This document shows, piece by piece, positions 23,791 through 37,405 of a DNA stretch of 64,000 nt (its first letter is position 1; each line of letters opens with the position of its first letter). Source of the DNA: Eledone cirrhosa (taxonomy: Eukaryota); assembly GCA_964016885.1 (NCBI GenBank), contig OZ024752.1:6572001-6636000 (forward strand), written 5' to 3'. The notes beneath the pieces were generated by a model that saw nothing but the letters and a program-made list of their open reading frames with translations, ran no database searches and was not told the origin of the DNA. The translations under genes and the position numbers were made by a program.

Positions 23791-24285
23791 CCAAGGTCAA
23801 AGTGTGGTCCCAAGGTGAAGGACAAGGGAGACTCCACTAAAGACACCCAAGGTCAATAATGTGGTCCCAAGGTGAAGGACAACAAAGTAGACTCCGCTAT
23901 AGACAGTCAAGGTCATGGATGTAGTCCCAAGGTGAAGGACAAGGGAGACTCCACTAAAGACACCCAAGGTCAATAATGTGGTCCCAAGGTGAAGGACAAC
24001 AAAGTAAACTCCGCTATAGACAGTCAAGGTCATGGATGTAGTCCCAAGGTGAAGGACAAGGGAGACTCCACTAAAGACACCCAAGGTCAAGAATGTGGTC
24101 CCAAGGTGAAGGACAACAAAGTAAACTCCGCTATAGACAGTCAAGGTCATGGATGTAGTCCCAAGGTGAAGGACAAGGTAGACTCCACTATAGACACCCA
24201 AGGTCAATAATGTGGTCCCAAGGTGAAGGACAACAAAGTAAACACTATAGACAGCCAAGGTCAAGGTGTGGTCTTAAACCAAGGT
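23791..24285. repeat. 57+60-bp dimeric (117-bp) tandem repeat rich in YCAAGGTCA
   Basis: Alternating monomers; period read from successive caaggtgaagg positions 23811, 23868, 23928, 23985. Confidence 0.9.
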
Positions 24286-24301
24286 GAACAATTAAACCAC
24301 A

Positions 24302-24339
<38 letters not shown>

Positions 24340-24504
24340 AAAAGTAATAACAAACTAAATGGCACAGCACATGGAAGAAATATATTAGTTTAACGCTTGA
24401 AATATATATATATATATATATATGTTTTTGTGTTATGTATTTCCATAGAAAAGGTAAAGGAAAGAAGAGTGCTCTATGTATTGTACAGAGCTATTTAATT
24501 ATAT

Positions 24505-24675
24505 AATTGTTTCTACTTTTGGCACAAGGCCAGCAATTACCCAGTACATTGCTGGTACTTTATTTTATCGACCCCGTAAGGATGAAAGGCAAAGTTAACC
24601 TCGGCGGGATTTGAACTCAGACCATAAAGGGCTGTAACTCTATGCTGCAAAGCATGGCGTCCGACCCTCTATACT
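24505..24675 (-). mobile_element. SINE-1 copy
   Basis: Central gtactttattttatcgaccccgtaaggatgaaaggcaaagttaacctcggcgggatttgaactcag. Confidence 0.85.
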
Positions 24676-25184
24676 TACTCTTGTAAATCAATCTTTAGCT
24701 GCAGTACAGCAAGTACAATTCCATTTGTTTTGAGGCAATCACAAACCACTCAATGGATCGAAAGTTAAAAACCAACACAAAGTCCAGAGTTAAACACCGT
24801 AGCTATAAAATGTGACACCAAGAGAACTGACCGAAGTCACAAACTATACATACAACAAAATAACAATAGATACAAAAAAGAAATGTCAAAACGTGATACA
24901 TGTACATATGATGAAAATACATGGACTAATGGCTAAAGTATAGAACTGACGATAATAAAGTCGTGGTTTAAATTTTCAGACCAGGTGATATGTTGTATAC
25001 TTGAGCAGACTGGGCATGTTGTATCCTTGAGCAAGGAACTCAGTTAAACTCAGTTAAATACCAGTGGCAGCTGGTCCTAGGAGTTGGTCTTCTCTAAACC
25101 AGAAGTTCTGGAACTTTGATCAACTTGTACAACACAGGGAGATGTAAATTGATAACTATGACGTGACAGACATGGTGTCTAAGG

Positions 25185-25739
25185 TATACACACACACACA
25201 TATATATACACACACATATATACACACATATATATATATACACACACATATATATATACACACACATATATATATATACACACATATATATATATATAAT
25301 ATACATATATATATATATACACACACACGCATATATATAAACACACACATATATATACACACACGCACATATATACACACACACATATACACACACATAT
25401 ATATATACACACACATATATATATATACACACACATATATATACACACACATATATATATATACACACACATATATATATATATACACATATATATATAT
25501 ATATATATATAATATACATATATATATATACACACACACATATATATATACACACACACATATACACACACACACGCACATATATATATATACACACATA
25601 TATATATATATACACACACACACACTCATATTTATATATATATATATACACACACATATATATATATATATATAATACACATATATATATATATATATAA
25701 TACACATATATATATATACACACACATATACACACACAA

Positions 25740-25782
<43 letters not shown>

Positions 25783-25810
25783 CAAACATACATACATACG
25801 TATATATATG
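25185..25810. repeat. (TA)n/(CA)n compound microsatellite
   Basis: Direct inspection. Confidence 0.95.
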
Positions 25811-26159
25811 TAAGTACTATATAGAACTGTTACAATAGGAACATGAATAGAATAGAAGTGAGTTATGAAAGACAGAAAACTGAGAGGAATTGATAAATTG
25901 ACATGTCAGAAAATATTGACAGATTTCAGATATATTATTGAATAATGAAATATTGAACAGAAAATTTGGAATGTCAAATTGTTTCTGGAACGTTCATAGA
26001 ATCACTGATTTATTTTGGGCTTTGTTCCACTGTATTTGGAGAACCTCTACATACAGACATATATATATATATATACACACATATATATGAAGCTCCAACT
26101 GTTAAGGTTGCATTTTTTCAGGGTATGTCAATATTTATTTATAAAACTAATCTGTATTA

Positions 26160-26225
26160 TATTTTATCTGATGAAAGCGCACCATAATCTGCCTTGGTGG
26201 CCCTTGAAATATGTATAATAAAATA
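26160..26225 (+). ncRNA. Type I hammerhead-ribozyme-like motif (slightly degenerate)
   Basis: TATTTTAT-CTGATGA-AAGCGCACCA-loop-TGGTGGCCCTT-GAAA-TATGT-ATA-ATAAAATA; 8-bp stem I, imperfect stem II, minimal stem III. Confidence 0.6.
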
Positions 26226-26506
26226 AATATGGTTTTATAAATATATTTTCCATTTGTTAATATATTGTGTATTTACTCCACTAAACTGTTGAGTGCTTTA
26301 TATCAGTTATAAAAATATTTTAGCTTGTTGTATCCCAACAAATTAAATATAACCTCTGCATATATATATATATATATTTATGGGAAAAGGTTCAGGACCC
26401 TGGCAGCAGAGCTCAAGCTGTTTCGACGGCTATTTCTTGACTACCCAAAGTATTGAGTACTCTGGTGCATTATGGTCCACCTGGTTCCTTACCACACTTC
26501 CCTCGT

Positions 26507-26537
<31 letters not shown>

Positions 26538-26637
26538 ATCATCATCATCCCCGTTTTATGTCCATTCTTCCACGCTAGCATGGGTTAGACGGGTTGTCCT
26601 GTTGTGGGCAATGTTTCATTTACCACAAATTATAATA

Positions 26638-26998
26638 ATTGTTTCTGCTATAGGTACAAGGCCATCAATATTTGATTGTTTAAATTGATTAAATCAACCC
26701 CAGTGTATTACTGGTACTTTATTTTATCGACCCCGTAAGGATGAAAGGCAAAGTTAACCTCGGCGGGATTTGAACTCAGACCGTAAAGGGACGTAACTCT
26801 ATGGTACAAATCATGGCGTCCGACTCTCCACCGATACTGCCAATCCACCGCCCTCCCACAAATAATAATTGTTTCTACTACAGGCCAGCAATTTTGGGGG
26901 AGGGGAAAGTTGATTAAATCAACCCCAGTGCATTACTGGTACTTTATTTCATCGACCCCGTAAGGATGAAAGGCAAAGTTAACCTCGGCGGGATTTGA
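26638..26998 (-). mobile_element. Two tandem SINE-1 copies (first near full length including tRNA head)
   Basis: Head on minus strand ggcggtggattggcagtatcggtggagagtcggac...gagttcaaatcc; second copy 26868-26998 is truncated at the B box. Confidence 0.85.
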
Positions 26999-27404
26999 TA
27001 TAATAATAAAACCTTTTTACAGCCAATACTATTGTTGTTGTTGTTGTTGTTATTGTTGTTGCTGTAATGTTATTAGTGTTGTTGTTGGTACTATTGTTGT
27101 TGTTATTGTTATTAATGATATTATTGTTATTGCTGGTACTATTGTTGTTGTTATTGTTGTTACTGTTGTTGTTACTGTTACTGTTGTTGTTATTGTTGTT
27201 GTTACTAATGATGTTATTGTTACTGTTGTTGTTGTTGCTGTTTATATTTAATTCTTCTGTGTTCCTCATGCTAAAAGTATTTCCATAAAAATACCAATTG
27301 TATTGTAACTGTTTACCTGCACCAATGAACAGAGTCTTTGGAATAGTTGCAGTGGATGGCATCTCTTTGTTCACGGTCTTTCAGTGTTGTTGTTGTTGTG
27401 GGAG

Positions 27405-27945
27405 AACACAAACACACACACAAACACATACACATACACACAAGCACAAACACATACACACAAGCACAGGCTCAAATACACACACACACACACATATACA
27501 CAAACAGACTCAAACACACACAGAGGCTCAAACACACACACACACACACACACAAACATAGACTCAAACACACACAGAGGTTCAAATACACACACACAAA
27601 CACAAACAGACTCAAACACACAAGCACAGGCTCAAATACACACACACAAACAGACTCAAACACACACAGAGGCTCAAACACACACACACACAAACATAGA
27701 CTCAAACACACACAGAGGTTCGAATACACACACACAAACAGACTCAAACACAGACAGAGGCTCAAACACACACACACACAAACATAGACTCAAACACACA
27801 CAGAGGTTCGAATACACACACACAAACAGACTCAAACACACACAGAGGCTCAAACACACACAAACATAGACTCAAACACACACAGAGGTTCGAATACACA
27901 CACACAAACAGACTCAAATACACACAAACAGGCTCAAACACACCC
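27405..27945. repeat. CA-rich compound minisatellite (gactcaaacacacacagagg units)
   Basis: Direct inspection. Confidence 0.85.
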
Positions 27946-28355
27946 ATACATAGACTGACAGACACACAGACACATACATAGGCAGCTACACAGACACAGA
28001 CTAGTTCAAATACACATAGGCAGATATAGAAACACACATATACATACACATAGGCAGCTACACAGACACACGGGTTCAAATAGCCACACGCATAGGCAGA
28101 TATAGAAACACAGACACTAACACACACGCAACAGACAGTCACGCACACACCTAGAGAGGCATGTTCATACACACAGAGAAAAGTAAAGACAGACATATAG
28201 ATGCACATGCAGATTCACAAACACACAGAGATGGACATGCTTATATAAACACACACAGAACAGTGGATGCTCCACTGATTCAATCCAGCCACCACACACA
28301 CAGATACTACACACACATATATATATACAGTATACAGAAAAGAAGCCAACTAGGT

Positions 28356-28404
<49 letters not shown>

Positions 28405-28523
28405 GGTTGAATCGGAGGTAACCACAGTAAGTAAGGTACTCAATACATAGCAGAGTATAAATGATTTAATATAGAAGAGGACTAGTTCTGTAGAAGCTCT
28501 TCTATATTAATATATATATATAT

Positions 28524-28548
28524 ATACAAAAGTAGCTCTACTAGGTAC

Positions 28549-28592
<44 letters not shown>

Positions 28593-28612
28593 AAAGTAGC
28601 TCTACTAGGTAC

Positions 28613-28658
<46 letters not shown>

Positions 28659-28678
28659 AAAGTAGCTCTACTAGGTAC

Positions 28679-28724
<46 letters not shown>

Positions 28725-28743
28725 AAAGTAGCTCTACTAGGTA

Positions 28744-28806
<63 letters not shown>

Positions 28807-28828
28807 AAAGTAGCTCTACTAGGTACTA

Positions 28829-28888
<60 letters not shown>

Positions 28889-28908
28889 AAAGTAGCTCTA
28901 CTAGGTAC

Positions 28909-28954
<46 letters not shown>

Positions 28955-28976
28955 AAAGTAGCTCTACTAGGTACTA

Positions 28977-29020
<44 letters not shown>

Positions 29021-29040
29021 AAAGTAGCTCTACTAGGTAC

Positions 29041-29072
<32 letters not shown>

Positions 29073-29205
29073 CAACATACAGAAAGTAGCTCTACTAGGT
29101 ACTATGTGTGTGTGTGTATATATATATATATACAAAAGTAGCTCTACTAGGTACTATGTGTGTGTGTGTATATATACATATATACAAAAGTAGCTCTACT
29201 AGGTA

Positions 29206-29300
<95 letters not shown>

Positions 29301-29335
29301 CACAACATACAGAAAGTAGCCTGACTAGGAACTAC
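28524..29335. repeat. Tandem array of a constant 25-bp core separated by variable (GT)n(AT)n
   Basis: tacaaaagtagctctactaggtact recurs about 12 times. Confidence 0.9.
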
Positions 29336-29874
29336 AGACATATATTTTACAAAGAATAGTTTTAATAGAAAACCACCTGAAGTTGTAGGGGGCGACACTT
29401 ACCAATGGTGCCAGGATGTGAGGGTGAATTCAAAACAATTTGGTTATAAAGTAAATTCCTCAACCACACAGACATACCTTTTCCACACATAATCAAATAC
29501 TTAAACAATGTGTTTCTATATGTTTTATCTGTTGCCCTAAACACAGTGAAGTTAGCCTAGAAGACCAGCTTCTATTGTTCCTTTCACAATAGAAATTAGT
29601 CATCCAGTAACAAATATATAACCAAATGTAATTGAAACCAAAAAGTTCATTGAAATCAGATGAAGAGAAAAACACAGTTCTTCTCTGTAGAACCTAGTCT
29701 CTCTCTCTCACTCACTCACTCACTCAACCACTCCCTCTCTCTCACTCAACCACTCTCTCTCTCTCTCACTCAACCACTCTTTCTCTCTCACTCAACCACT
29801 CTCTCTCTCTCTCTTCACACAACCTTTCAGATTTTCTTGTACCTTCCTTAATTTATAAAAATGTTGAATAATAT

Positions 29875-30068
29875 AATTGTTTCTACTTTGGGCACAAGGC
29901 CAGCAATTACTCCAGTGCATTACTGGTACTTTACTTTATCAATCCCGTAAGAATGAAAGGCAAAGTTAACTTCAGTGGGATTTGAACTCAGAACACAAAG
30001 GGCCATAACTCTATGCTGCAGAACATGGCATCCAACCCTCTACCAATACTGCCAATCCACTGCCCTAT
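29875..30068 (-). mobile_element. SINE-1 near full-length copy
   Basis: Same body and head as 26638-26845. Confidence 0.8.
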
Positions 30069-31177
30069 ATATAATGGAAACCAACTTTAATTCTCAGTTT
30101 ACTTAATGTTCATTAAATAGAAGACAGTCTTTTAATGGCAATAAATAAAAAGAATGCAGAAAGTAAGATTTGCACTCAACATTGAAATAGACACAAAGGT
30201 GGTAATGTTGGTGACATGACAAAAACACCCAGTCCACCCTGTAAAGTAGTAGTGCCAGTGATTCGACAAAAACACCTATTCCACCCGGTAGAGAGGTCAT
30301 GTTGGTGACACAACAAAAGCACCCAGTCCACCCTGTAAAGTGGTCACAATGGTACCATGATAAAAAGTACCCAGTCCATGCTGTAAATGTTTTTAGTGTT
30401 AGGAAGGGTATCCAGCCATAGAAACCAAACTAGAAATAGTCATCTGATCTGATTTGTCTCACAATAGGACAACTTGTCTAACCCATGCTAGTGTGTAAAA
30501 ATGGACGTTAACCAGTGATAATGATCCTAGAGCAGGAATCTAAATAAATATAGTTCCCCCCAACAACTCTATTTAAGACCTCGTTAGTTTACAGTAAATT
30601 CCTCACCATCTGATTAACTCATTATTGGCCCAATTTTTAAATATGTTCTGCTAAATCATTGCAGAATGTTAAATGTAAACAAAGTATTTAGAATAATTTA
30701 CTAAAATAATTAATTATTTCAATATTAAGAATGAATTTGTAACACACAACAAAAGGTGATTATATCAATTTATGTTGGAAAATTTAAATTTAATTAACAA
30801 CATTTTAAAGTGGGGTTTCATAGAACAAGAGGCAGTTATAGGCTAATTGGTATCAAGGGGTTAAATGGAATATTGCAGCTTAATATAATGATTTCTAATG
30901 AAATACACTGTATTTCAATTAATTAATGAAGAATTTGGAGGGATTTACGAAAATGTGATTTATAATTAACATGGAACTTGTAAAACAACTTAACAGATGG
31001 TACTTACATAAAATTATGCCAAAGATTTTAATTTAAATAGGAACCCTTTAAAATGGGTGGTTTTGTTTCATAGAACCAGAACCAATTTGGGGTGTGCTGG
31101 TATCAAAGAGTGGTGCTAAAATGGGTGTGCTTTGTTTTATAAAACAAGATGTGGTTTGGGACGAGAAGAGTTAAAAA

Positions 31178-31398
31178 CCCTTTAGCATTTAAACAGGCTG
31201 TATCTGACCAGAATTCTCTCACCTTTTTCTGTTCAAACCAGTCATAACTGGCCACCCATACTGATGTGAAGATATTATTTTCAAAATAAATAACATCAAA
31301 ATCTCGTAGATTCGATATTATGTGAAATAATTATGAAAGATGAAGCCTTTACCACAAAAATACAATAGTAAATATAGAGTAATGTAAATGGTAAAGGG
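31178..31398. mobile_element. MITE-A, complete array-free reference copy (about 220 bp)
   Basis: CCCTTTAGCATTTA ... TAAATGGTAAAGGG|TTAA. Confidence 0.88.
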
Positions 31399-31624
31399 TT
31401 AAATAGAACACTGGAACCAAATATCTTTTGATTCTTGAGGTTTGATTCAGACATTCTTTTGGCAAATATTCAATATATATATGACTGATAAAACTAATAA
31501 TAGATTGGTGACTTCATTATGACTTCCCTACCCAAACAGAAACACCACAACTCACATGTGTAAATATCCTGTGTTAGTTCCTTGTCGAGTATTTCATTTT
31601 ACCAGATCATTCTTGTAATAATTA

Positions 31625-32040
31625 CCAACACCACCACCACCACCACCACCACCGTTGCTACTACCACCACCACCACCACCGTTGCTACTACTACTACCAC
31701 CACCACCACCACCACCACCACCGTTGCTACTACTACTACTACCACCACCACCACCACCACCACCACCGTTGCTACTACTACCACCACCACCACCACCGTT
31801 GCTACTACTACTACCACCACCACCACCACCACCACCGTTGCTACTACTACTACCACCACCACCACCACCACCACCACCACTATAGTTATGACTCACAATT
31901 AACAAGAACCTTGAAAGAATATATATACATGTATACACAAATGCATGCACACACACACACATATATATATGTATATATATATACACACACACACATATAT
32001 ACATACAGACATATATATATATGTGTATATATAAATATAA

Positions 32041-32083
<43 letters not shown>

Positions 32084-32360
32084 AACACACACATATATAT
32101 ATATATATACATATACACACACATATATATATATATATACATATACACACACACATATATATATATATATATACATATACACACATACATATATATATAT
32201 ATACACACACACATATATATATATATATACATATACACACACACATATATATATATACATATACACACACACATATATATATGGTGGTGGTGGTGATGGT
32301 GGTGGTGGTGGTGGTGATGGTGGTGGTGGTGGTGATGGCGGTGGTGGTGGTGGTGGTGGT
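31625..32360. repeat. (ACC/ACT)n, (TA/CA)n and (GGT)n microsatellites
   Basis: Direct inspection. Confidence 0.9.
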
Positions 32361-32477
32361 TTGTTGTACGAATCGCCTATTTATTATAAATTATTAGTTA
32401 TTGATAGTTCTTTGTTATTGATTGATTGTTGTTTTTGTTAATGTTATTATTGAGTGATTGGTTGTTGTTATTGGCTT

Positions 32478-32645
32478 CGCAGAGTTCCGGCCCTTTATGT
32501 TCTGAGTTCAAATCTCGCCGAGGTTAACTTTGCCTTTCCTCCTTACGGGGCCAATAAAATAAAGTACCAGTAATGTACTGGGGTTGATTTAATTGACTTT
32601 CCCCTTCCCCAAATCGCTGGCCTTGTGTCTATAGTAGAAACCAAT
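32478..32645 (+). mobile_element. SINE-1 copy
   Basis: tctgagttcaaatctcgccgaggttaactttgcctttcctccttacggggccaataaaataaagtaccag. Confidence 0.85.
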
Positions 32646-33001
32646 ATTATTATTGTTGTAAGTTATTGTTGTTGTTGTTGTTGTTAATGACTGATTGGTT
32701 CCTGTTGTTGCTATTGTTGTTGTTGTTATCGTTGATGTTGTTGTTAATGGCTCAGCCTCCATTGAGAAGAGATTTGATCAAAATATCACCACCACCACCA
32801 CCATCACCACCATCACCATCACCACCACCATCACCACCACCACCACCACCACCACCACCATCACCACCACCATCACTATCACCACCATCACCACCATCAC
32901 CACCATCACTATCACCACCACCACCACCATCACCACCACCATCACCACCACCACCACCATCACCACCACCACCACCATCACCACCACCACCATCATCATC
33001 A

Positions 33002-33190
33002 TCCGGCAGCCTCAGCCGAAGTCGACTCAACAATTGATCTCCCTGTGGGTCTGTCGTTCATTGCCAAGTCCTGGATTTCAATACCAGAATCTCCGGATCA
33101 AATATAGCAAAGTCCCAGGTCAGCCTCCACTGAGAAGAGACATCAACTCTCTTCCGACCATCATCACACTATCTTTGTCATTGACATAGA
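33002..33190 (-). mobile_element. Probable RTE LINE 3' end whose (gat)n tail expands into the (CAC/CAT)n tract 32785-33001
   Basis: Minus-strand relic ...GDSGIEIQDLAMNDR...RSIVE, then ggatgatgatg; resemblance is by eye only. Confidence 0.45.
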
Positions 33191-33809
33191 GTATCGAGGT
33201 GTATGTCATTTGAGGGGTGACCTCTCAGTCCCTTAAGGCCAATGAAACCATTATAAGAGACTATAGGGGGTGGGTCAATACATAGACAATCAATATATAG
33301 GTAAATAATCAATATACAAAACAAAAAAAGAAACTACTGACCTAGAACAGTTCAGACCGTCTTAAGATACATCACTTGTTATTTCTGATATATAATCATA
33401 TTATATATATAGAGGTGTGTATAAACATCCGTGAAGGACACCAAAGTCCCTTGTGATATTTGTTCTGTAACAAGTTATACAGGCACTCCCTTGTCACTCT
33501 CCCTGCTGCCAGAAATGTAACGAACCAGTGATTGGGCCATTGGAAACCTCTAACCAGCAATGCTATCTTTTACCAATTGCAATATAAAATATATATAAGT
33601 GTGATTTCTAGTTAGCAGGTGTGTTGATGTTGTTGTTATTGTTGTCAACTTCTCCACTCTTTAGGTTCTACTGGTTTGATCTAACAGATCTGAGAATATG
33701 CTATAAATAAGCAAACTCATTAAAATGCACATGCCATACCAATATTCCTTAGGGGCAGCGCAAGGAAATAAAAGAAACTTTGAAAATATGTAGGAAGAAA
33801 TAAATCAGG

Positions 33810-34113
33810 AATGAGAGAAAGAGAGAAAGAAGGAAAGAAGGAAAGAAGGAAAGAAGGAAAGAAAGAAAGAAGGAAAGAAAGAAGGAAAGAAAAAAAGAAG
33901 GAAAGAAAAAAAGAAGGAAAGAAAGAAAGAAGGAAAGAAAGAAAGAAGGAAAAAAGAAAGAAGGGAAGGAAAGGAAAGAAAGAAAGAAGGAAAGAAAGAA
34001 GGAAAGAAAGAAAGAAAGAAAGAAAGAAGGAAAGGAAAGAAAGAAGGAAAGAAAGAAGGGAAGGAAGGAAAGAAAGGAAAGAAAGGAAAGAAAGGAAAGA
34101 AAGGAAAGAAGGA

Positions 34114-34165
<52 letters not shown>

Positions 34166-34310
34166 AGGAAAGAAGGAAAGAAGGAAGGAAGGAAGGAAGG
34201 AAGGGAGGGAGGAAGGGAGGGAGGAAGGAAGGAAGGAAGGAAGGAAGGAAGGAAAGAATAAGAGAAAGAAAAGTAGTAAGGAAAGGTAAAAATGAAATGT
34301 AAGGAAGAAG
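33810..34310. repeat. About 500-bp polypurine (GAAA/GGAA)n tract
   Basis: Direct inspection. Confidence 0.95.
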
Positions 34311-34509
34311 AGAAAAAGTAAAATTCTGAATTTACAATCATGAGAAAAATTTTTAACTTTAATAATAAATCTCAGCAGACATTTTTTATTACACACACAC
34401 ACACGTGTGTGTGTGTGTGTGTGAGTGTGTGTATATATATATATGAGTGCTTGTGTGTGCATATCATCATCATCACCATTTAACATCCATTTTTCCACGC
34501 TAGCATGGG

Positions 34510-34563
<54 letters not shown>

Positions 34564-34756
34564 TCACTTATACATATATATATACACTCACTTATACATA
34601 TATATATACACTCACTTATACATATATATATATACTCACTTATACATGTGTCCACATGCACACATATTTCTACACCATTTTTCTACAGTACCATCTCAAA
34701 ATTCAATACCATATTGATTAGAAAGAAATGCCTCTAGCTGTGATTCCACATCGATA

Positions 34757-34980
34757 GTCATACACATACTTTAACTGATTGGTAGACACAGTATGGACTG
34801 TCATACACATACTATAACATATTGGTAGACACAGTATGGACTGTCATACACATACTTTAACATATTGGTAGACACAGTATGGACTGTCATACACATACTT
34901 TAACATATTGGTAGACACAGTATGGACTGTCATACACATACTTTAACATATTGGTAGACACAGTATGGACTGATTGGTAG
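34757..34980. repeat. 43-bp minisatellite (about 5 units)
   Basis: gtcatacacatactttaacatattggtagacacagtatggact. Confidence 0.9.
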
Positions 34981-35017
34981 ATCAGGAAATATTTATAAAA
35001 CACTAATTTTTAATTGT

Positions 35018-36444
35018 CTTGTTGGAGGGACATCTAAAGGTAAATATAACCTTATGTGAGGTTACTTGTTGGGGGGACATCTAAAGGTAAATATAACCTT
35101 ATGTGAGGTTACTTGTTGGAGGGACATCTAAAGGTAAATATAACCTTATGTGAGGTTACTTGTTGGAGGGACATCTAAAGGTAAATATAACCTTATGTGA
35201 GGTTACTTGTTGGAGGGACATCTAAAGGTAAATATAACCTTATGGGAGGTTACTTGTTGGAGGGACATCTAAAGGTAAATATAACCTTATATGAGGTTAC
35301 TTGTTGGAGGGACATCTAAAGGTAAATATAACCTTATGTGAGGTTACATTTTGGAGGGACATCTAAAGGTAAATATAACCTTATGGGAGGTTACTTGTTG
35401 GAGGGACATCTAAAGGTAAATATAACCTTATGTGAGGTTACTTGTTGGAGGGACATCTAAAGGTAAATATAACCTTATGTGAGGTTACTTGTTGGAGGGA
35501 CATCTAAAGGTAAATATAACCTTATGGGAGGTTACTTGTTGGAGGGACATCTAAAGGTAAATATAACCTTATGTGAGGTTACATTTTGGAGGGACATCTA
35601 AAGGTAAATATAACCTTATGGGAGGTTACTTGTTGGAGGGACATCTAAAAGTAAATATAACCTTATGGGAGGTTACTTGTTGGAGGGACATCTAAAGGTA
35701 AATATAACCTTATGGGAGGTTACTTGTTGGAGGGACATCTAAAAGTAAATATAACCTTATGTGAGGTTACATTTTGGAGGGACATCTAAAGGTAAATATA
35801 ACCTTATGTGAGGTTACTTGTTGGAGGGACATCTAAAGGTAAATATAACCTTATGTGAGGTTACTTGTTGGAGGGACATCTAAAGGTAAATATAACCTTA
35901 TGTGAGGTTACATTTTGGAGGGACATCTAAAGGTAAATATAACCTTATGTGAGGTTACATTTTGGAGGGACATCTAAAGGTAAATATAACCTTATGGGAG
36001 GTTACTTGTTGGAGGGACATCTAAAAGTAAATATAACCTTATGGGAGGTTACTTGTTGGAGGGACATCTAAAAGTAAATATAACCTTATGTGAGGTTACT
36101 TGTTGGAGGGACATCTAAAAGTAAATATAACCTTATGGGAGGTTACTTGTTGGAGGGACATCTAAAAGTAAATATAACCTTATGGGAGGTTACTTGTTGG
36201 AGGGACATCTAAAAGTAAATATAACCTTATGGGAGGTTACTTGTTGGAGGGACATCTAAAAGTAAATATAACCTTATGGGAGGTTACTTGTTGGAGGGAC
36301 ATCTAAAGGTAAATATAACCTTATGTGAGGTTACATTTTGGAGGGACATCTAAAGGTAAATATAACCTTATGGGAGGTTACTTGTTGGAGGGACATCTAA
36401 AAGTAAATATAACCTTATGGGAGGTTACTTTTTGGAGGGACATC
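35018..36444. repeat. 47-bp satellite (about 30 units) with internal TAACCT-n6-AGGTTA inverted repeat
   Basis: acttgttggagggacatctaaaggtaaatataaccttatgtgaggtt. Confidence 0.95.
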
Positions 36445-36536
36445 AAACCGGCCATAACTGGCCACTCATACTGATGTTAAGGTATTGTTCTCAAAATAAA
36501 TAATAACGTCATCAAAATCTCGTAGATTCCATATTA

Positions 36537-37405
36537 CAGGGTGTGGACGATATTTGTTCGTAATTTTCAACTGCTAATTTTATGTCACATTTTTTTACTT
36601 CTGTTGTCACTCTTGTCTTCATAAAAACTGTGACTATATTTCCATTATTTATTTTCAGAATAATTGATTATGAATAAATTTGAACCTCCAAATTTGTGGA
36701 ATCCGTGCTGGGAGGACAAATAAGACCAGAAGATCAACTCCCAGAACAACAGGTGGCTCGCTGTCTCATCCAAAGACGTACCCAGACTCATGCAGACAAA
36801 GTTTCCAGCGACAACATTGGTCTTAGGTGTCATCAGCAGTCAAGGTGACGTCATGCCACCTCACTTCTTCCCTGAGGGCCTCAAGCTGAACACCGATTGC
36901 TACATCCGCGTTCTGAGCGAGGTAGTAAAGCCCTGGATCGATCAGGTAGCTGCAGGTAGGCCGTACGTGTGGCAGCAAGACTCAGCACCCTGCCATACCA
37001 GCCGAAAGACCCAAGCCTGGCTGTCAGAGAACTTCGTCGACCACACTTCACCTGACATCTGGCCTCCCAGCTCGCCTGACTGCAACCCCCTCGACTTCTT
37101 TGTGTGGGGCGCAGTGGAACGAGACACCAACAGATCTAGCTGCAATATGAAAGACGATGTGAAGGCCAGGATCACAAGTGCTTTTAGGGCCCTAAGTCAG
37201 GGGACAGTGACAAAGGCCTGTAGCCGGTTCCGTGGTTGCCTTGAGGCCGTCATCAAAGCCAATGGTGGGTTTATCAAGTGAGAGCGAAAGAGCAAGTCAT
37301 GAAGAGAAACTGACCCAAGTTTGATAAATAAATCTTAAAAAATAAAACTACTGTGTTATTTTTTCCTAGACAGTAATCTTGCGAACAAATATCGTCCGCA
37401 CCCTG
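36537..37405 (+). mobile_element. Internally deleted Tc1/mariner element of DD37D (maT) type, 869 bp
   Basis: TA|cagggtgtggacgatatttgttcgtaa ... ttgcgaacaaatatcgtccgcaccctg|TA; 27-bp TIRs with 2 mismatches; TA target duplication. Confidence 0.93.
36724..37281 (+). pseudogene. C-terminal half of a DD37D transposase (DNA-binding domain and first catalytic Asp deleted)
   Basis: WQQDSAPCH ... WPPSSPDCNPLDFFVW with 37 residues between the 2nd and 3rd Asp; the frame is open upstream to DQKINSQNNRW. Confidence 0.9.

Noticed and set aside
28524-29335. CRISPR-like repeat-spacer array
   Set aside because: Spacers are only microsatellites, there are no cas genes, and the context is eukaryotic.
33740-33747. 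8-nt minus-strand microexon after the long pyrimidine tract (tgcgctgcccctaag|gaatattg|gtatgg)
   Set aside because: Not frame-preserving, AAG acceptor, and the pyrimidine tract is a simple repeat.
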